From Candidatus Krumholzibacteriia bacterium (GTDB lineage: Bacteria; Krumholzibacteriota; Krumholzibacteriia; WVZY01): a stretch of DNA of 41,495 bases. The stretch covers positions 1-41,495 of the forward strand of contig JAZGDW010000151.1 in assembly GCA_036478295.1 (NCBI GenBank), given 5' to 3'. Under the pieces are notes generated by a model, which searched no databases, was not told the origin of the DNA, and was given only the letters and a program-made list of their open reading frames with translations. Positions 36,843 to 41,495 of this stretch are shown piece by piece (position 1 is the first letter of the stretch; each line of letters starts with the position of its first letter). The position numbers and the translations under genes are program-made.

Positions 36843-37808
36843 TCATTGTTTCGGCAGGTATTGCATCACTGCGGACGCAATCCTCGCGCCCAGTGAACGC
36901 CAGCGCAGTGTCACATACGGGTACGAACGGGCTCCGAGTGCCTGCTTGTACTCGACGAGCGAGTCCGAGCCGAGGCTGCCCCCAAGGTTGTATTCGCTGT
37001 AGCCCGCTTCGCACGCGTGCCGGATGCACGTCGCGTAGAGCAACGTACCGGCTTGCGTGCCACGGCTGCTGGCCGTTGTGACGCCGTTCCAAGCGATGAC
37101 GGTGTTCTTGAAATAGAAATTCAAGTGTCCGCCGAGAAGCGTATCATCCTTCCATGCGAGAAACAATTTGACGCTTTCGCCTCCCCGGTCCAGCAGGTCG
37201 ATGAACAGGCTTTCCGGGTACCTGACCCGCTGCTGCCAGGCCGCCGATCGCTCCTTGTAAATCCCGTAGTAGCTTTTCACCTCGTCGACCGACGCCGCCT
37301 CTCGAACCACCAAGCCCTCGCGCTCGGCTCTTCGGGTCTGGCGGCGCTTTGATTTTTCGAAATGATCGGACCATAAGCCGTCGAACCCCGGCCCCAGGTC
37401 GAGCACGTGCGTGGCGTCGTGGATACGCTTCAACGCGGGCGCGGACAAGCGGCCATGAAAATCCACCAGCCCGATCTCATATACACCCCGCCGGCTCTTC
37501 ATGGCAACAAACGTTTCCAGCAACGATCGTTCGACCGCCGAATCCCCAAGGGTCACAGGACCACCGTACGTACCGAACGGCAGCGACCACAGCCGCCGGG
37601 CCGCGCCCTTGCGGATCTCGAAAAACGGCAGGTATCCCTGCAGGCATCCCGCGTCAACGGCGGCGATGATGCCTAGGTGTGTTGCCGGGTAGGCGCCGGC
37701 AAGACTTTCGAGCCATATCGTTGTGTGGTAGAACGTCGACTGCTTGGATTGCAGCGCCAGTTCTTCGAGTCCGGCGGGGAGATGATGAAGTACCTCGACT
37801 TGCATCAC
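36843..37808 (-). CDS. FemAB-like/GNAT protein
   Basis: TFYH...W, SLPFGTYGGP, RRQTRRAEREGL, YNLGGS, YKQALGA. Confidence 0.8.
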   Translation of the reverse strand: MMQVEVLHHLPAGLEELALQSKQSTFYHTTIWLESLAGAYPATHLGIIAAVDAGCLQGYLPFFEIRKGAARRLWSLPFGTYGGPVTLGDSAVERSLLETFVAMKSRRGVYEIGLVDFHGRLSAPALKRIHDATHVLDLGPGFDGLWSDHFEKSKRRQTRRAEREGLVVREAASVDEVKSYYGIYKERSAAWQQRVRYPESLFIDLLDRGGESVKLFLAWKDDTLLGGHLNFYFKNTVIAWNGVTTASSRGTQAGTLLYATCIRHACEAGYSEYNLGGSLGSDSLVEYKQALGARSYPYVTLRWRSLGARIASAVMQYLPKQ

Positions 37809-39013
37809 GGCTTTGCGTAGTAGGTGGCGACCCGATCCACGGCGTTTACGACGTCATCCACGTCGTCCGCTCCCATGTCGGGAAAGATCGGCAGCGAAAC
37901 ACATCGCGAAAAGTACTCTTCACAGCGTGGATACTCGATGCGGGGCTCGCGGTAGGGCTGGAAGAACGAATGTTTGTATACCGGAATGAAATGAACGGAG
38001 CATCCGATGCGCTCCGCGGCGAGCGCCTTTATGAATTGATCCCGGTCGATGGTCAGCCGATCCAGGTTGAGCAACAACACGAACAGGTGCCAGGTGTGTG
38101 AATTGCCCGGAGCGATCCGGGGAATCTCCAGATAAGGAGAGTTTCCGAGACATTCAACAAAACGTTCCGCAACTCGCCGGCGTCTTTCCAGGAGACGGTC
38201 GATCTTCCTCAGCTGCGACAGACCCAGCGAAGAGAGGATGTCGCTCAGGTTGAATTTGTAACCCGCCTCGTTCACCTCGTAGTACCACGAACCGCGCTCC
38301 GTGTAGCGGGCCCAGCTGTCCACCGACATGCCATGACAGGACAACCTCCGGATGCGGTCCGCCAGAGCGTCGTCATTCGTGCATACACAGCCTCCCTCAC
38401 CGCAGGTGAGGTTCTTCGTTGCGTAGAAGCTGAATGCCGTGGCCTCTCCGAACGCGCCGATTTTCCTCCCACCCGAGGACGCACCGAAACCGTGCGCCGC
38501 GTCCTCGACCACCGCGAGCCCACGGCTTCGGGCCAGCGCGAGAACGTCGGCGATCTTGCAGGCCTGCCCCCCGAGGTGGACCGGCAGGTATGCCTTCGCC
38601 CGTGCCGTCGTCCGCTTTTCCATCTCGGCCGGATCGGGCCCGAAGGTGTCCATCTCGATATCAGTCAGCACAGGCCGGGCACCGGCGTGGATAATCGCGT
38701 GCACCGTCGAAACGAACGTTAGCGCCGACGTGACCACCTCGTCGCCGGGACCGATACCGAGCCCCTTCATGGCAAGCAACATGGCGGCGCTGCAGGACCC
38801 GACGGCGACTACGTTTCCGACTCCGAGATACTCCTTCAGCGCCTGCTCGAATGATGCCGTTTGCGGACCCAGGGTGAGCCACCCCGACCGCAGGGCGCAC
38901 GCGACGCTTTCTACATCCTGCTCGTCGATCGAGGGGCGGAAGAACGGGAGGAACTCCTCGCGAACGGGTTTTCCGCCGGCGATCGCCGGTACGTCGTTCT
39001 TGCTGGCTGCCAT
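37805..39013 (-). CDS. DegT/DnrJ/EryC1 PLP sugar aminotransferase
   Basis: SGWLTLGP, EDAAH, SFYATKNLTCGEGG, GYKFN, SLPIFP. Confidence 0.95.
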   Translation of the reverse strand: MAASKNDVPAIAGGKPVREEFLPFFRPSIDEQDVESVACALRSGWLTLGPQTASFEQALKEYLGVGNVVAVGSCSAAMLLAMKGLGIGPGDEVVTSALTFVSTVHAIIHAGARPVLTDIEMDTFGPDPAEMEKRTTARAKAYLPVHLGGQACKIADVLALARSRGLAVVEDAAHGFGASSGGRKIGAFGEATAFSFYATKNLTCGEGGCVCTNDDALADRIRRLSCHGMSVDSWARYTERGSWYYEVNEAGYKFNLSDILSSLGLSQLRKIDRLLERRRRVAERFVECLGNSPYLEIPRIAPGNSHTWHLFVLLLNLDRLTIDRDQFIKALAAERIGCSVHFIPVYKHSFFQPYREPRIEYPRCEEYFSRCVSLPIFPDMGADDVDDVVNAVDRVATYYAKP

Positions 39014-39040
39014 GTGGATACTCGAATCGAAGTTGCGCCG

Positions 39041-40462
39041 TCAGTGACGTTCAAGCCTGGCATCGGGTATGATCGAATCGAGAAATCTCCGAATGCCGTC
39101 GCCGTCTCCCGTCCTGACCAGGTCATTCAATCGCTCCATCACCGACGAAAGCTCCCAATCGTCCGGAAGTTCCGGACGAGCCGTCCGTATATGTGCATGA
39201 GATGAATCCTCGAGGCGTTCCCCGTCAACCACCAGATCCTCGTGCAGCTTTTCCCCTTCGCGAAGCCCGGTGATCTCGATCGGCACGTCCAACTCCGGAC
39301 GCAAGCCGTGCATCGTGATGAGGTCCCTTGCCATTTCCATGATCTTTATTGGTGTTCCCATTCTCAAAATGAATACTTCGCCGCCCTGCGCCATCACCGA
39401 AGCCTGCACGACCAGCATGCACGCCTCTTTGAGCGTCATAAAAAAACGTGTCGCTGCAGGATCGCTAACGGTTACCGGACCTCCGGCGCGTATCTGCCGC
39501 ATGAACAACGGCACCACGCTGCCACGGCTGCCCAGCACGTTGCCGAAACGGACCGTGGCGAGTCGCAGGTCGTTCGACGCATTGGCGCTGCCCAGCATCA
39601 GGTATTCCGCCAGGCGCTTGGTGGCTCCCATGACGCCGCGCGGGTTGACCGCCTTGTCCGTCGACAGCATGACCAGGCGCCGGGCGCCGGCTTCGCGGCA
39701 TACTTTAATGATGTTCGCCGTACCAAAAATGTTGTTCTTGACCGCTTCCTCCGGAAACGCCTCCATGTAGTGCACGTGTTTGTGCGCGGCTGCATGATAG
39801 ACGAACTCTGGCCGCGCGCGGTCGAATGCGTGCATGAGCCCGTCGCTGTCGCGTATATCACAGATGATCGATCGGATCTCGAGGTCGGGATAGGCACGCC
39901 GCAGTTGCTCTTCGATCTCGTAAATCTGGTTCTCACCGCGCCCGAACAGCTGCAGCTCGCCCAGGGCGAACCGCCCCAGTTGCCGGCATATCTCGCCACC
40001 GATGGAACCACCTGCACCGGTGACCATGACGCGGCGACCGGCCAGTTTGCTCGCGATAGCCGCTTCGTCGAACTCGACCGTCTCCCGCCCCAGCAAATCC
40101 TCGGGATGGACCTCCCGCACCTGATCCAGGCTGACCGACCCGCGAATGATTTCGATAAGGCCGGGGACGATCTTGAAGGCCACCCCCGCATCACGGCACA
40201 GGATGATGACGCGCCGGATGAAATCACGTGACTCCGACGGTACGGCGATGATCGCTTCATCGACCCGCCGACGGTCCGTCTCTGCCCGTAAGCGGTCGCT
40301 CGACCCAAGCACGGGGACGGCCTCGATCGTTTTCCCGTGCAGGCCAGCGTCGTCATCGAGAAACCCGACCACCTCCAACTCGGTTTCCGGGTGGGCCGCG
40401 ATCTCGCGCGCGATCATGCGTCCCGCTTCACCCGCGCCGATTATGATCACCCTGCTCACCAT
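39041..40462 (-). CDS. UDP-GlcNAc 4,6-dehydratase (PglF/CapD/WbpM family) lacking the N-terminal TM domain
   Basis: IIGAGEAG, EDLLGR, TGAGGSIG, HAAAHKHV, STDKAV, MGATK, RFGNVLGSRGSV; GGAGG RBS. Confidence 0.93.
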   Translation of the reverse strand: MVSRVIIIGAGEAGRMIAREIAAHPETELEVVGFLDDDAGLHGKTIEAVPVLGSSDRLRAETDRRRVDEAIIAVPSESRDFIRRVIILCRDAGVAFKIVPGLIEIIRGSVSLDQVREVHPEDLLGRETVEFDEAAIASKLAGRRVMVTGAGGSIGGEICRQLGRFALGELQLFGRGENQIYEIEEQLRRAYPDLEIRSIICDIRDSDGLMHAFDRARPEFVYHAAAHKHVHYMEAFPEEAVKNNIFGTANIIKVCREAGARRLVMLSTDKAVNPRGVMGATKRLAEYLMLGSANASNDLRLATVRFGNVLGSRGSVVPLFMRQIRAGGPVTVSDPAATRFFMTLKEACMLVVQASVMAQGGEVFILRMGTPIKIMEMARDLITMHGLRPELDVPIEITGLREGEKLHEDLVVDGERLEDSSHAHIRTARPELPDDWELSSVMERLNDLVRTGDGDGIRRFLDSIIPDARLERH

Positions 40463-40493
40463 ATGTACAATGCTCCTCCAGCGCCGACGCGTC

Positions 40494-41495
40494 CTACTGG
40501 ATCAACGCCACCCTCTTGACCAACGTCCCAGAACGGTCGCTGATGTGAACGATATAGACGCCGCTAGCGGCGAGACGTCCGGAGTTGGTCTTGAGATCCC
40601 AAATAACATCCTCGGAGCTGCTCACGTCCTGCACTTCGTGCACCAGCTCGCCCTCTAGACTGTAGATCTTGATATTTACCGGCGAATTGATATTGAAAAT
40701 CTTCAGCGACCCGTCGCCACGATTGGCCATGATCGGATTGGGATAAACGTACACCCTGGAGAGATTGGTCTCCTGAGGCTCAAGCGAGGTCAGATCCAGA
40801 ATGGACAGTCCGCCGTTGGTGGCGATGTAAAGCCGGTCCTGTGTCGGGTGCAGCGCCAGGGCATTACACCTGGCATCGACGATCGGTGAGACGGCATCGA
40901 TGGGCACAAAAAGACTCAGCTGCTCCTGCCACGCCGCGGCGGTGGTAAACGAAAGGATATCGCTCTCATCGCGGAAGTTGATGCGATTGAGGCCCAGATC
41001 CGTCGCCACCCAAAGGTTGTTGTCGCGATCCAGTTCCAGGTCCCGCACGACGTTGCCGAGCAGCCCGGTGCCGAAACCACGATCCGCGATAATGGACCGG
41101 ATTAAACCGCTCTCCCACCTGTAGAGACCGGCCGTAGTGCCAATCCACAGAACACCGTCGTCGCGCAGCTCCAGAGATATAACATCCGCGGTCGATGCGA
41201 TTTCCCCTTGTTTACCAATTTCGGCCACGGACTCCCACGTGTCATTAGTGAGGTCGAAAAGCTCCGCCGACGGGTAGCCACGGCTGGACCACCTCTGGAC
41301 GCCGAACGTCCTCAACGCCACGAATATCTGGCCGCCGGGCCCAAACGCCACATCGGTGACGTTCCCCGATTTCATTTGGCTCGTTGAACCACTCTGGTCG
41401 GTGGTCAGCGGATTGACCTGCCGCCATTCGCTCCTGGCCTGGTTAAAGATATTGATGCCCCACCAGCCCGCCGGTTCCTGATCGTCGTCCGACAG
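40494..41495 (-). CDS. Beta-propeller protein with C-terminal T9SS-CTD/FlgD-like Ig domain (PorZ-like); 5' end outside the window
   Basis: D..G.LWIGT..GL propeller repeats; YVYPNP...IKIYSLEGELV...WDL....G...ASGVY; frame open to the window end. Confidence 0.75.
   Translation of the reverse strand: MSDDDQEPAGWWGINIFNQARSEWRQVNPLTTDQSGSTSQMKSGNVTDVAFGPGGQIFVALRTFGVQRWSSRGYPSAELFDLTNDTWESVAEIGKQGEIASTADVISLELRDDGVLWIGTTAGLYRWESGLIRSIIADRGFGTGLLGNVVRDLELDRDNNLWVATDLGLNRINFRDESDILSFTTAAAWQEQLSLFVPIDAVSPIVDARCNALALHPTQDRLYIATNGGLSILDLTSLEPQETNLSRVYVYPNPIMANRGDGSLKIFNINSPVNIKIYSLEGELVHEVQDVSSSEDVIWDLKTNSGRLAASGVYIVHISDRSGTLVKRVALIQ

Overview
Bacterial chromosomal window, GC-rich (roughly 60% by eye). 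The gene content (T9SS/FlgD-type C-terminal domain, Wzi, PASTA-bearing FtsI, MglA) suggests an FCB-related diderm such as Krumholzibacteriota/Latescibacterota; this is an inference. Right to left on the minus strand: a truncated PorZ-like propeller protein; a 7-gene glycan cluster (PglF-like, DegT, FemAB/GNAT, Wzx, GT4, GT-C, methyltransferase); a near-complete dcw cluster (mraZ to ftsZ, no ddl) with its own sigma70 promoter; and a large TPR gene coupled to ftsZ. Next come a candidate ~117-nt sRNA with a consensus promoter, and rpmB/recG on a compact bidirectional promoter. The accessory left arm holds a zinc-ribbon/RomX-like fusion and a C-terminally extended MglA GTPase, each preceded by a sigma54 -24/-12 motif. 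Between them is a patA-pimA-like/MFS lipid operon, and downstream of mglA is a TPR-wzi-UbiA (DGGGPS-like) unit. I saw no CRISPR arrays, tRNA, rRNA or mobile elements. All family calls are from motif recognition and recalled sequences, not database searches.
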